Shown: positions 39,445-48,775 of the stretch, one piece after another
Position numbering within the stretch: the first letter of the stretch is position 1
Layout of the letters: every line of letters starts with the position of its first letter
Source: Candidatus Levyibacteriota bacterium
GTDB lineage: Bacteria; Patescibacteriota; Microgenomatia; Levybacterales; UBA12049
Reading direction: 5' to 3'
DNA: 64,000 nt
Assembly (NCBI GenBank): GCA_003152105.1
Contig: PLZJ01000003.1
Span: 134,899-198,898, forward strand
The notes under the pieces: generated by a model
Seen by the model: the letters and a program-made list of their open reading frames with translations, nothing else
What the model was told of the DNA's origin: nothing
Database searches by the model: none
Position numbers and translations under genes: made by a program

Positions 39445-40761
39445 TTATAGATCAAGCTTATTCTTTTTATAATGTCGTTTTAAAATCCAAATAGTAACTG
39501 CAAATAAAAAGATATAAAGAGTAGGGAAGAGGTATCCAAATGTTGCAACTGAGGTAGAAGTTGTAAACGCTTGTTTTGTTGTCATAATGCCTCTTATTGC
39601 AAATGGTTGACGACCAACCTCAGTTAATATCCATCCAAATTCAACTGCACAAAATGAAACCACACCAGAGAGAAAAAGTAACAGAAGCATTATTTTTGAA
39701 AAGGCAAATGCTTTTTTAAAACGGGCAAGCAGTAGGAAGAGTAGGGGAATGATCGTGATAAATATGCCACTGCCAACCATAAAATCAAACATATAATGAA
39801 TCCAAAGTGGTGGCCATAATGTTGGATTAAAATAATTAAGTCCCAGAACTCTTGCCTGAGTGGAACCAAAAGAAAGGAAACTAAGTAAGCCTGGGATGGT
39901 AAGTGCATGTAATACACCATGATTTGTTGTAATACCTAAAACTTGAAGTGGAGCATTTGTTTGCGTGGTATAAAGTCCTTCTGCTGCTGCAAGTTTTAGT
40001 GGTTCTGATTGTGCTAAATATTTTGCCGAAGAATCTCCCGTTAGACCAATTAAAAGAACAAAAATAAAACTTACACAAACCAAAAAAGTGATAGTTTTTT
40101 TATAATACATTTTGCGTTTTAATTCTTTTTTATCATTTATTTTTGATTTAAATAAAAATAACGCGTACATTCCTGCAAAAAATAAACACGTTGTTAGATA
40201 ATAAGAAACGATTGAGTGAGTGGTTTCTGTTGGCGTTGCTTGATTAAACATTGCTTTTATTGGATCTATGTTACTTGCTATACCATGTTTATAAGTAAAT
40301 CCAGCTGGGGAGTTCATAAATGCATTTGCTGTTGTAATAAAAAAAGCTGAAGCAACCGAACCCAGAACAATCGGCAATGAACAAAGCCAATGAATATAAG
40401 GATTTTTAAATCGCTTCCAGGTAAAAAGATAAATACCAAGAAAAATTGCCTCAATAAAAAAAGCAAATCCTTCCAAGAAAAAGGGGAGTCCAATTACTTT
40501 ACCAGCAAGTGCCATAAACGTTGGCCAAAGCGTCGAAAGTTGAGTTGATATTATCATTCCGGAAATTGCACCTGTAACAAACAATACGCTCATCACATAA
40601 GACCACCTCTTTGCCATTGTTGTATATAAAATATCATGTCTTACTATACCAAGAAGTTCAGAAAGTGAAACAAGTAGGGGAATGCCAACACCAAGGAGAG
40701 CAAAGATGATGTGAAACCCAAGTGAATCTCCCATTAATGTACGACCATAGTCTAGTTGCAT
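39445..40761 (-). CDS. cydA: cytochrome bd quinol oxidase subunit I (short Q-loop)
   Basis: FHIIF (heme His), LEGFAFFIEA.FLG, ANAFMNSP.G, TTH, EPLKLAAAEG, FDFMVG, GWILTEVGRQP; likely start MQLDYGR at 40761 (TATAAT 6 nt upstream). Confidence 0.95.
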   Translation of the reverse strand: MQLDYGRTLMGDSLGFHIIFALLGVGIPLLVSLSELLGIVRHDILYTTMAKRWSYVMSVLFVTGAISGMIISTQLSTLWPTFMALAGKVIGLPFFLEGFAFFIEAIFLGIYLFTWKRFKNPYIHWLCSLPIVLGSVASAFFITTANAFMNSPAGFTYKHGIASNIDPIKAMFNQATPTETTHSIVSYYLTTCLFFAGMYALFLFKSKINDKKELKRKMYYKKTITFLVCVSFIFVLLIGLTGDSSAKYLAQSEPLKLAAAEGLYTTQTNAPLQVLGITTNHGVLHALTIPGLLSFLSFGSTQARVLGLNYFNPTLWPPLWIHYMFDFMVGSGIFITIIPLLFLLLARFKKAFAFSKIMLLLLFLSGVVSFCAVEFGWILTEVGRQPFAIRGIMTTKQAFTTSTSVATFGYLFPTLYIFLFAVTIWILKRHYKKNKLDL

Positions 40762-40876
40762 ATAGTAATTATAAGACAAATCTTAAACATTGGTAAGCGC
40801 TTAGAATGCAAAAGCAAAAAAGCTTACACTATGTAATTTACTATATTGGCAAAATGTTTTACACTTAAGTAAGAGT

Positions 40877-41239
40877 ATGTGGATCCCTCTATTTCTAATT
40901 GTTCTTGGTTTGTTAGCAGGAGGATTAAGTGGATTAATCGGCATTGGGGGTGGCATTATAATAGTACCCGCTCTTGTGTATCTATTTGGTCTTTCTCAAC
41001 AACAAGCTCAAGGAACAACTCTTGCTCTTCTTCTTCCTCCAATCGGCATCCTTGCTGTATGGCAATATTATAAACATGGATATGTAGATTTTAGGATCGC
41101 ACTATTTATTATTATTGGTTTTTTGATAGGTAGTCTTTTTGGTTCCCGTTTTGCAACAGCACTTCCTGCAAATGTCTTATCAAAAATATTTGGCATTACA
41201 CTACTTCTTGTATCTCTTAAAATGCTTTTCACAAACTAA
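40877..41239 (+). CDS. TauE/SafE (TSUP) family permease, half-size
   Basis: GLLAGGLSGLIGIGGGIIIVP.L...Q..AQGT.L, GS.FGS. Confidence 0.88.
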   Translation: MWIPLFLIVLGLLAGGLSGLIGIGGGIIIVPALVYLFGLSQQQAQGTTLALLLPPIGILAVWQYYKHGYVDFRIALFIIIGFLIGSLFGSRFATALPANVLSKIFGITLLLVSLKMLFTN

Positions 41240-41291
41240 TATTAGTATAATTCTTTAACGAAAAGAAATATTTTTTGCTATAATAGCCTGC

Positions 41292-42003
41292 ATGGCAGTT
41301 GAAGATCGCGCTCGAGCACCTGAAGAAACTACTATTGATGCTATTACCAAATCTTTCAGAACAAGATGCAAATATGATCGTTCGTGCGTATACGTTATCA
41401 GAAATTGCACACAGAAGACAAAAAAGATTAAGTGGAGAACCATATTTTGAACATGTTAAAGCAATTGCATTAATTTTAATTGATGAATGTCATATTACAG
41501 ATGCATCCATAATAAGCGCTGCATTCTTGCATGATGTAGTTGAAGACACAAAAGCATTCGGAAAACAAGTAAAAATACCCTATACAGTATGGATAGAAGA
41601 AGTACGAAGCAATATTGCACAGCAATTTAATCCAAAAGTCGCAAATAGCGTCGTTGCATTAACAGAACCTGGTGTAGATAAAGTAGAAATAATTGATAAA
41701 AAACAGGCAAAATTGATAAAACATAATCTACTTTTTCATGCACCTGCACAAACACTACTAGTTAAAATGGCTGATAGACTACATAATTTACGCACATTCT
41801 ATCCAAAAGCTGGGATAGACCCCAAAGAACAGAAAGAAAAGAAAATTAAAGAAACAAAAGAAATTCTCATTCCTATATTTAGAAAAGTGCTCAAAACATA
41901 TCCTGTGGAAGGTGCTTATTTACTAAATGAAATTGACAAAGCTATCGCAGTAATTTCCAACTCAACCTTTCTCAGTCCAAATGGATTAAATGGAGGGATG
42001 TGA
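41292..42003 (+). CDS. HD-domain (p)ppGpp hydrolase-like protein (SpoT/Mesh1-like small alarmone hydrolase); start ambiguous, possible frameshift
   Basis: AH..QKR.SGEPY.EH, AAFLHDVVEDT, VKMADRLHNLRT; open frame from TTG 41299, alternative out-of-frame ATG at 41292. Confidence 0.85.
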
Positions 42004-42780
42004 AATTGATTTTTTATTGATCGAATCTTTAATTTCAAGATAGAGTGCTTCATAATCTTTTTTTGATAAATACCATAGTCCTGGTCTGTATGGATTATCC
42101 AGATCATCTATTAATAAATAAATACCAAATGATAATATGCCTATAAAAAGCACTAAAATATATTCAATTACGACATTATCAAAATACAAAAGCAGGGAAG
42201 ACAGAACAATAGCAAACATAGTAGAAAGTATAAATACCCGAACGCCGATTGGTAGCTTGTGAGAAAGTGTTTGTAGTCGTTTTTCCCTATACTCTAAACA
42301 ATTCCTTACTAAATCAAAAGACAATACGCCAATATTTGGATGCTCTGAATAGTTGATATCGAGAACCGTTTCTTCAAGTTCATAAATTGCTCTTTCAATG
42401 TCATCTGAGCGGAAATATAAATTTTTATTATCAATTTTTTCATTTATAATAAGCTTTAAATATGCTGCAATATGCTTTCGAAGATCTACTCGAATAGGTG
42501 TTGGAAAATGATTTGTTAGTACAAACAGCTGTTTAAGAGAAGAAATCTCTCCGTGCGTAGCATCAGTTAACTGATTCCAACTTTCCCATTTTGATTGAAT
42601 AACAAAACCTGAAATAATAGAAAAAAGTATAGTAAAAGCAGAGAAAAGGGGAGAAACACTATCTCTGGTAGTTGAGGATATAAAAATATATTTTAGCTCA
42701 AGATAATGAAAAATAATATATGTTAAAGAAATGAGAATAATGTATCCGCTTATTTTGCTAAATAATACTTTTAAATTCAT
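41986..42780 (-). CDS. DUF4239 (bestrophin-like) membrane protein
   Basis: LFSIISGFVI...W......A...E, R.KRL, LIDDLDNPY.G. Confidence 0.75.
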   Translation of the reverse strand: MNLKVLFSKISGYIILISLTYIIFHYLELKYIFISSTTRDSVSPLFSAFTILFSIISGFVIQSKWESWNQLTDATHGEISSLKQLFVLTNHFPTPIRVDLRKHIAAYLKLIINEKIDNKNLYFRSDDIERAIYELEETVLDINYSEHPNIGVLSFDLVRNCLEYREKRLQTLSHKLPIGVRVFILSTMFAIVLSSLLLYFDNVVIEYILVLFIGILSFGIYLLIDDLDNPYRPGLWYLSKKDYEALYLEIKDSINKKSISHPSI

Positions 42781-42848
42781 GCTGCTTTTATTATCTTATA
42801 TCTTATCAGATATAACAATTCTAACTTTGGAATTCTCTTAAATCTCAA

Positions 42849-44564
42849 TTACTGGATTACTATATTGAATGCATTTGAAGAATTAATGCTATTAAACAAA
42901 GCATTAATAACTTTATTATTTGGATGTACTATTTTTGCATTTTGTAAATCCACGACCGCTTCGGTTTTATTTCCTAATAAGTAGTCATTATATGCGTCTA
43001 GAATTAAAATATACGAAGATTTTGGATACTCTTGAATTCCTTTTTCTAATACTTTTTTAGCATCTAAGTTATCGTTGTTTTGAATGAGTAACTTTCCAAG
43101 TACCATATAGGTATTTGCATCATGTAGATTCGGGCCATAATTATTTGCTGCATATGCTTTCTGAGCAAAATATACAGCACTATTATGATCGCCTATCTTA
43201 TCTTCAACTAAAGATTTCATTGTTAGGTTATTATCATATGGAAATAAAGCTATAGATGCATCTACATGACTTAACGAATCTAAATAATCACCCGCATTAT
43301 AATACGCGTCCGCCAATTGATTTTCATTACTATAATTATCATCAACATTTACTGCTGTTGAAAAAAGTCGTATATTGTCAGACCAGTAAGTATTTCTAAG
43401 ATTAGTTCTATAACTGAGAAGGACAATTATAATTACAAAAAAGACAATGAATATTTTTTGAAACTTTTTATAGTATGGTAGCTCTTGAACGAATATGCCT
43501 AACATTCCTAAGAGTCCTATCATTGGAAAATATATCCATCGTGCAGCTACGGTATAGTCAAGCGGAATAAATACTTGGAGAAAAAATGCGATACTTGACC
43601 AAAACATAATGAAAAATAAAATATATGCTTTAAAAAGCGTTTTATTTTTTCTATATACAAACCACCCCATCAAAAGTAGAACGATCAGAAAAACTAAATC
43701 ATAGAAAAGAGGCAAATAGAAATTCTTCATTGATACATCGGTTATTATCCATAAATGATTAATCCCTATACGATATGGATAGAAAAACTTATTAATATAA
43801 TAAAATAACATTTGAGGCACATTGAGAAATCTCTGTAAAATAGTAAGGCCAAGTAGTGGATATAAATAGTTTTGCGGCTGCGTAAACCCCATTCCAAGCA
43901 GTTCGCGCATTATTATATAAAAAATACCCGTACCAATAAGACCAATGGATACAATCTTTACATTTTTACGAGAAAATAATAACGAATGAATAAATATAAA
44001 TAAGAAGAAAAATATTCCAGATTCCTTTGCAAGCAAACTAACTAATAACAAAAAGCAAATACCGCTATATTTTTTAATTGTCAACTTTTTTGTATTAAGA
44101 TAGAGTAAAATTGCAATTAAACCAAAAGTCACAAACAACAATCCATCAGCATCACTTATAAAAGCTGCTGTTGCTTCATTCATTGGATGTAGTAAATAAA
44201 CGATAGAAATTATCATGGCAATAGGTTTTTTTAAAAAATGGAGGAAAATATAATACAATAAGCATGCATTTGCTATAAAAAGACAAATTTGAATAACATG
44301 AAAGGGGGTAGGAGAGCTACCAAATAAATGCGCAATGAGGAAATAGTAGAATGCAGTTATAGGTCGGTAGTAACCAGGCTGCGTTGAAACACTCCCATAA
44401 AAGATGTGAAACACATTAAAAGTCCTAGTAACGGGAGGATTTGTATACATTGCATCAGTCCATACAAACTGGTTTCTTAAAATATTCCAAAAAGTTATTA
44501 TACCGACGATAATTACATAAAAGGGGAATTGTTGAAGAATATGTTTGGTAATAAACCTACTCAC
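42849..44564 (-). CDS. TMTC-like GT-C O-mannosyltransferase with C-terminal TPRs
   Basis: NQFVWTD, YYRP, LHPMNE, LLAKE, A.RW.YFP, RN..W.D...LF, then TPR helices. Confidence 0.8.
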   Translation of the reverse strand: MSRFITKHILQQFPFYVIIVGIITFWNILRNQFVWTDAMYTNPPVTRTFNVFHIFYGSVSTQPGYYRPITAFYYFLIAHLFGSSPTPFHVIQICLFIANACLLYYIFLHFLKKPIAMIISIVYLLHPMNEATAAFISDADGLLFVTFGLIAILLYLNTKKLTIKKYSGICFLLLVSLLAKESGIFFFLFIFIHSLLFSRKNVKIVSIGLIGTGIFYIIMRELLGMGFTQPQNYLYPLLGLTILQRFLNVPQMLFYYINKFFYPYRIGINHLWIITDVSMKNFYLPLFYDLVFLIVLLLMGWFVYRKNKTLFKAYILFFIMFWSSIAFFLQVFIPLDYTVAARWIYFPMIGLLGMLGIFVQELPYYKKFQKIFIVFFVIIIVLLSYRTNLRNTYWSDNIRLFSTAVNVDDNYSNENQLADAYYNAGDYLDSLSHVDASIALFPYDNNLTMKSLVEDKIGDHNSAVYFAQKAYAANNYGPNLHDANTYMVLGKLLIQNNDNLDAKKVLEKGIQEYPKSSYILILDAYNDYLLGNKTEAVVDLQNAKIVHPNNKVINALFNSINSSNAFNIVIQ

Positions 44565-44624
44565 TAAATAAGTATAACATAGCTTTTTAGTAATTGATAA
44601 TACTACTTAACTTGCTTAACTATA

Positions 44625-44900
44625 TTATTTTTGTTTTTCTGGAGGAATAACTTTTAGTACGGTACCAGACAACATAGATAAGGCTTCAAATCCACTTAAT
44701 ATACTTGCATGAACGACAGCTTTTTTAGGAGTTACTTCTGTGCGAGGGAGATGTCTTGGGTAAGGTATATGAATTGAATTAACTCGAACATTTTTAGCTG
44801 TATCGCTAACTTCCACAACATGCTCTACTGCACCGACTTCTTGTTCACGAATAACCCTTGGTCCGCATGGTAATGATATAAATCTAACTTCTTTACTCAT
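44625..44900 (-). CDS. hypothetical protein
   Basis: TGcTATACT 8 nt before the ATG (MSKEVR). Confidence 0.5.
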   Translation of the reverse strand: MSKEVRFISLPCGPRVIREQEVGAVEHVVEVSDTAKNVRVNSIHIPYPRHLPRTEVTPKKAVVHASILSGFEALSMLSGTVLKVIPPEKQK

Positions 44901-45054
44901 AGGCATACAGTATAGCATAGCACTTTTTCAAAAATAGCCTCAAATAATGAGCCATTACCTCAAATTATTAGTTCTCTCAATACAAATAAGACTTATAGTT
45001 GCAAACCGGTTAGGACTATAGTATAATATCCAAATCTTGATAGCATACTAATTT

Positions 45055-46080
45055 ATGGCTACATCTTTTGAAAATTCACGAATATTAGTTACTGGTGGTA
45101 CGGGTTCATGGGGTAATGAGCTTGTTAAACAATTACTAGAACATTATCCAACAATTTCTGAAATCCGCATTTACTCTCGTGGCGAGCACAAACAAGTTGA
45201 AATGAAGCGCAGATTCAACGATAATCCAAAACTCAAATTTATAATAGGAGATATTAGAGATAAAAATATCTTAAATTACGCAATGAAAGGCATAGATATT
45301 GTTTTTCACCTTGCAGCCCTTAAGCATGTCCCGGTTTGTGAAGATAATAGCTGGGAAGCAGTACTAACAAACATTCACGGCACGCAAAATGTTATTGAAA
45401 CTGCAATTGCAAACAAAGTAAAAAAAGTAGTTGATGTATCAACAGACAAAGCTGTTGAACCGTTTAACACATACGGTGTTACTAAAGCTGCAGGAGAGAA
45501 ATTAATGATTAATGCAAATTATAATTATTCTCACAATCATGAATATGCAACTAAGTTCATTTGTATACGTGGGGGTAATGTAATAGGAACAAACGGTTCT
45601 GTTATGCCGCTTTTTAAAGAACAGTTGACATTACATAATGAAGTAACCATAACAAATCCAGAAATGACTCGATATTTAATGAGCACAAAAGAAGCAATTA
45701 GCCTTATTTTTACCGCTGTTGAGGACTCTATGGGAGGCGAATTATTTGTAATGAACATGCCTGGTGCTACAATTAATACAATATCAAATGTTATGATTTC
45801 ACTTTTTGGAAATAAAGATTCTAAAATGAAAATAATAGGGGAGAGACCAGGAGAAAAAATGCATGAGGTACTCGTATCTAAAAATGAGTCTCCATTTACA
45901 TATACAATATCAGATAAGTATTATGTAATTTTGCCACAAATTCATAATGAAGATTTAGTTGAAAAATATAAGAAATTTCCACGATTTAAACAAGTTGAAT
46001 TCTCTTCTTCAAACACAGAACAACTAGGGGAGAAGGAACTAACCGCTATTCTTAAAAAAGAAGACTGGCTATGGAAATAG
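45055..46080 (+). CDS. UDP-N-acetylglucosamine 4,6-dehydratase family (PseB/FnlA/CapD-like)
   Basis: VTGGTGSWG, YSRGE.KQ, IGDIRD, HLAALKHVP, STDKAV.P.NTYG.TK, R.GNV.G.NGSV, MTRY, RPGEKMHE. Confidence 0.92.
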   Translation: MATSFENSRILVTGGTGSWGNELVKQLLEHYPTISEIRIYSRGEHKQVEMKRRFNDNPKLKFIIGDIRDKNILNYAMKGIDIVFHLAALKHVPVCEDNSWEAVLTNIHGTQNVIETAIANKVKKVVDVSTDKAVEPFNTYGVTKAAGEKLMINANYNYSHNHEYATKFICIRGGNVIGTNGSVMPLFKEQLTLHNEVTITNPEMTRYLMSTKEAISLIFTAVEDSMGGELFVMNMPGATINTISNVMISLFGNKDSKMKIIGERPGEKMHEVLVSKNESPFTYTISDKYYVILPQIHNEDLVEKYKKFPRFKQVEFSSSNTEQLGEKELTAILKKEDWLWK

Positions 46081-46877
46081 GCACAATTGGTATTACGGGT
46101 GGCACAGGATTCATTGGTCAAAACGTAATTACAAAACTCAAAGATAAAAATATTCCCTATGTCCTCTTTACTGGCAATATATTAGACTCCAAAACCGTTG
46201 AGATTTTTTTTAAAAAACATCATATTACAACCCTTATTCATTTGGTTGGAAGCTTTTCTTTACCATTTGAGAATCTCATTGACCTAAATGTTGTTGCTTT
46301 GCAAAATGTTTTGGAAATTGGCGTAAAGTATGGACTTAAAAAAATTGTTTACACCTCCTCTGGCGCTGTTTATGGTGAACCAATAAACGAAACCTCAACA
46401 GAAACTGATCCGTTAACTCCTAATACGCTATATGGACTTTCAAAAGTATTTGCAGAGGAAATGATTGCGTATTATGGAAAAAAAGCTAACATAACACACA
46501 TTATTCTCCGATTTCCAAATGTATATGGCAAAGATAGCAATAAAGGGGTAATCTATAATTTTTTACAAAGTATTAAAAATACGAAATCAGTAACGATAGC
46601 GGGAGATGGCAAACAAATGAGAAACTTTCTCCATGTTTCCGACGCAGCAAATGCAATCGAAAAAGCACTTCTTTATAACGATTCAGATATTTTTAATATT
46701 GGAAGCCCTGTTAATTTATCTATTAATGAAGTTGTTGAAAAGTTAAAAAGCAAATATACATTTACTGTGCGTCACGTAAAAGAAGATAATGAATTGAAAA
46801 AGCTCTTACTAAGTTACGAAAAAGCTGAAAAAGTGCTTGACTATAAACCAACAATTGATACGCTCTTACTCACCTAG
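46071..46877 (+). CDS. NAD-dependent epimerase/dehydratase (extended SDR)
   Basis: GGTGFIG, SSGAVYG, YGLSK, LRFPNVYG, GDG.Q.RNF.HV.D. Confidence 0.9.
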   Translation: MEIGTIGITGGTGFIGQNVITKLKDKNIPYVLFTGNILDSKTVEIFFKKHHITTLIHLVGSFSLPFENLIDLNVVALQNVLEIGVKYGLKKIVYTSSGAVYGEPINETSTETDPLTPNTLYGLSKVFAEEMIAYYGKKANITHIILRFPNVYGKDSNKGVIYNFLQSIKNTKSVTIAGDGKQMRNFLHVSDAANAIEKALLYNDSDIFNIGSPVNLSINEVVEKLKSKYTFTVRHVKEDNELKKLLLSYEKAEKVLDYKPTIDTLLLT

Positions 46878-46888
46878 CTTACTAAAAA

Positions 46889-47518
46889 TTATTGGTAGCC
46901 CTTCCAAGATCCATCTGCAAATGCACGAACTCTTGGATATGTAGCATACTTAAAAGCTCCTTTGTAGTAAAAATTCACATCACACCAATACAATATCTCA
47001 GATTGATGGTTCACATACGAATGTCCTTCTTTTGTAACTCTTGCAGACCAATCACCGCCAACTCCCGGATCTGGAAGACACTGTCTTTTTGGTGCATTTG
47101 GATTATTGTTTTCTAAGAGTGAATAATATTTAAGTGTTGAATGCTTTTCATCATTTGTAAAAGAAAAATTAAATAATGTAAAATTTCCATTTAATGGTGG
47201 ATATCCATAACGTTGTGATTGGTTATAGAAATCATAATTAGCTGTATATGTATAAATCGGAGCATTATTTTTATTCATTGTAACTGTTTGAGCGGTACCA
47301 CTATCTTGCACTTGCGAAAAATCCATTGGATCTTCTTGAGGCGGCATAGACTGACCATCTAATGATTGCTCTGGTACTGGAGGTGTTATTCCTGCGGCAT
47401 TTTGTTGCCCTTGATGCGATATGGATACACCATATATCGTTATTGGGACAGCAACTATAAGAGCAATAATACCAAAATATCCCCATAAGTTTTGATTCTT
47501 CTTGTATGATTTTGCCAT
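46889..47518 (-). CDS. exported/membrane-anchored hypothetical protein
   Basis: N-terminal TM followed by QGQQNAAG; TTGACA-18-TACTAT promoter upstream. Confidence 0.65.
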   Translation of the reverse strand: MAKSYKKNQNLWGYFGIIALIVAVPITIYGVSISHQGQQNAAGITPPVPEQSLDGQSMPPQEDPMDFSQVQDSGTAQTVTMNKNNAPIYTYTANYDFYNQSQRYGYPPLNGNFTLFNFSFTNDEKHSTLKYYSLLENNNPNAPKRQCLPDPGVGGDWSARVTKEGHSYVNHQSEILYWCDVNFYYKGAFKYATYPRVRAFADGSWKGYQ

Positions 47519-47611
47519 ATATAAAACCTTTCTATATCAATAGTAGAGTTAACGTAATCTTATTGTCAAGCTTGAATACGATTACTATATATAAAATATA
47601 AAGATTACATT

Positions 47612-48073
47612 GTGTATACAGCACAAATAGCATATAATACCCAAACGATGCCAGGCAGAGTTGAAATTACAGATCATAGAAGAGAGATTGCTATTGAAGT
47701 AGATATCCCAGAAGAAATTAAGCCTTTTTGTATGGCATATTTAAACGCCAAAGGCAAAGTTGAATACCTTGTTACACAATCTATAAATGAAGGTACGCTT
47801 TTTGCATTAGTTAAAGATCCAAATGATATCGATATTCGTTTTGCAGATTATTCTATGACACACGACGGCGTTACGGTTCCAAATATTTATACAAAAAATG
47901 AAGACAATCTAATTGGAAGTTATTTTTTAAGACCTGGCTGTGAACCACTTGAAATAGATTTAGAAAAAGAAAATGGTCATCAACATACTGATGTAGATTC
48001 TACACCTCCAACCGCAACGATATTATTTGAACATATTCCACAAATGCCTTTTTCTCAAAAACCCGATTGTTAA
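47612..48073 (+). CDS. hypothetical protein
   Basis: 153-aa ORF; likely start MPGRVE at 47648. Confidence 0.55.
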   Translation: MYTAQIAYNTQTMPGRVEITDHRREIAIEVDIPEEIKPFCMAYLNAKGKVEYLVTQSINEGTLFALVKDPNDIDIRFADYSMTHDGVTVPNIYTKNEDNLIGSYFLRPGCEPLEIDLEKENGHQHTDVDSTPPTATILFEHIPQMPFSQKPDC

Positions 48074-48445
48074 CCAAAATACATTTCATATTAGTACTCT
48101 GTAAAACCCTCACCTCATTTATAATTCACGACTGTCTAAAACGCCCTAGAAGGCCTTAGAAATACAAAAGAGGTATGGATAGTCATCTCTAAAACTTATC
48201 CGTAAAAATAGATCCCCTGGAATCAATATAAACGGAGAAGCATGCTAAGACAAAATTTTCACTAAATTCTAGCCTCAAATTACGCATAAAAATAAAGTGA
48301 AAAATGGCATTTTAGGCCTATAATGGGGGGATTATAGCATTTTTCAAAGTCAAGAATATAAGGGGAATAAATAAGAGAAATAAGAGGAATAATAGTTAAT
48401 GAAATGTTAATTACAAAAATAAAAGAAAATTAAAAACAGAAAAAA

Positions 48446-48775
48446 GAGCACTCCTCCCAGGAACTAGCCATGGTTCATGTCGCAAAAGTATTATTGTGCG
48501 ACATGATAGGATCTTCTTCTCCGGACACATATTTCTTCATTAATTACCGAAAGAGAATGGTGGTATATTAATTAGTACAATTAATATACCATATGAAACT
48601 AAGTAACTACCTATTGCACATACGTCGTCCATTTTCTTCCACTCCTTCTGTAAGAGCCCTGTCGCAATAGACGTTCGAGTTTTTTTCGTCCTGTAGGAAT
48701 TAGGCCAACTACCTAAGAAGAGAGTGATTGGCACTTACCAGGCTTGTCTGTTTATATCCTTCTCGTTGAGTGCTC
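48446..48775 (-). ncRNA. candidate large structured non-coding RNA (~330 nt), family not recognised
   Basis: Terminal helix GAGCACTC/GAGTGCTC followed by a U6 tract; internal stems 48475-48506 (10 bp), 48561-48591 (13 bp), 48541-48548/48602-48609, 48610-48620/48660-48671, 48700-48716; G-U pairs favour the minus strand; lies between convergent genes. Confidence 0.55.

Noticed and set aside
48540-48734. 64-aa minus-strand ORF inside the long intergenic gap
   Set aside because: GTG start, no SD or suitably placed -10, and it runs through strong palindromes; better explained by RNA structure.
48446-48775. Calling the structured region tmRNA, SRP RNA, canonical RNase P RNA or a group I/II intron
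   Set aside because: No tRNA-like ends, no SRP CAGG-GNRA-AGCAG core, no GAGGAAAGUC, no intron core motifs; left as an unassigned candidate.
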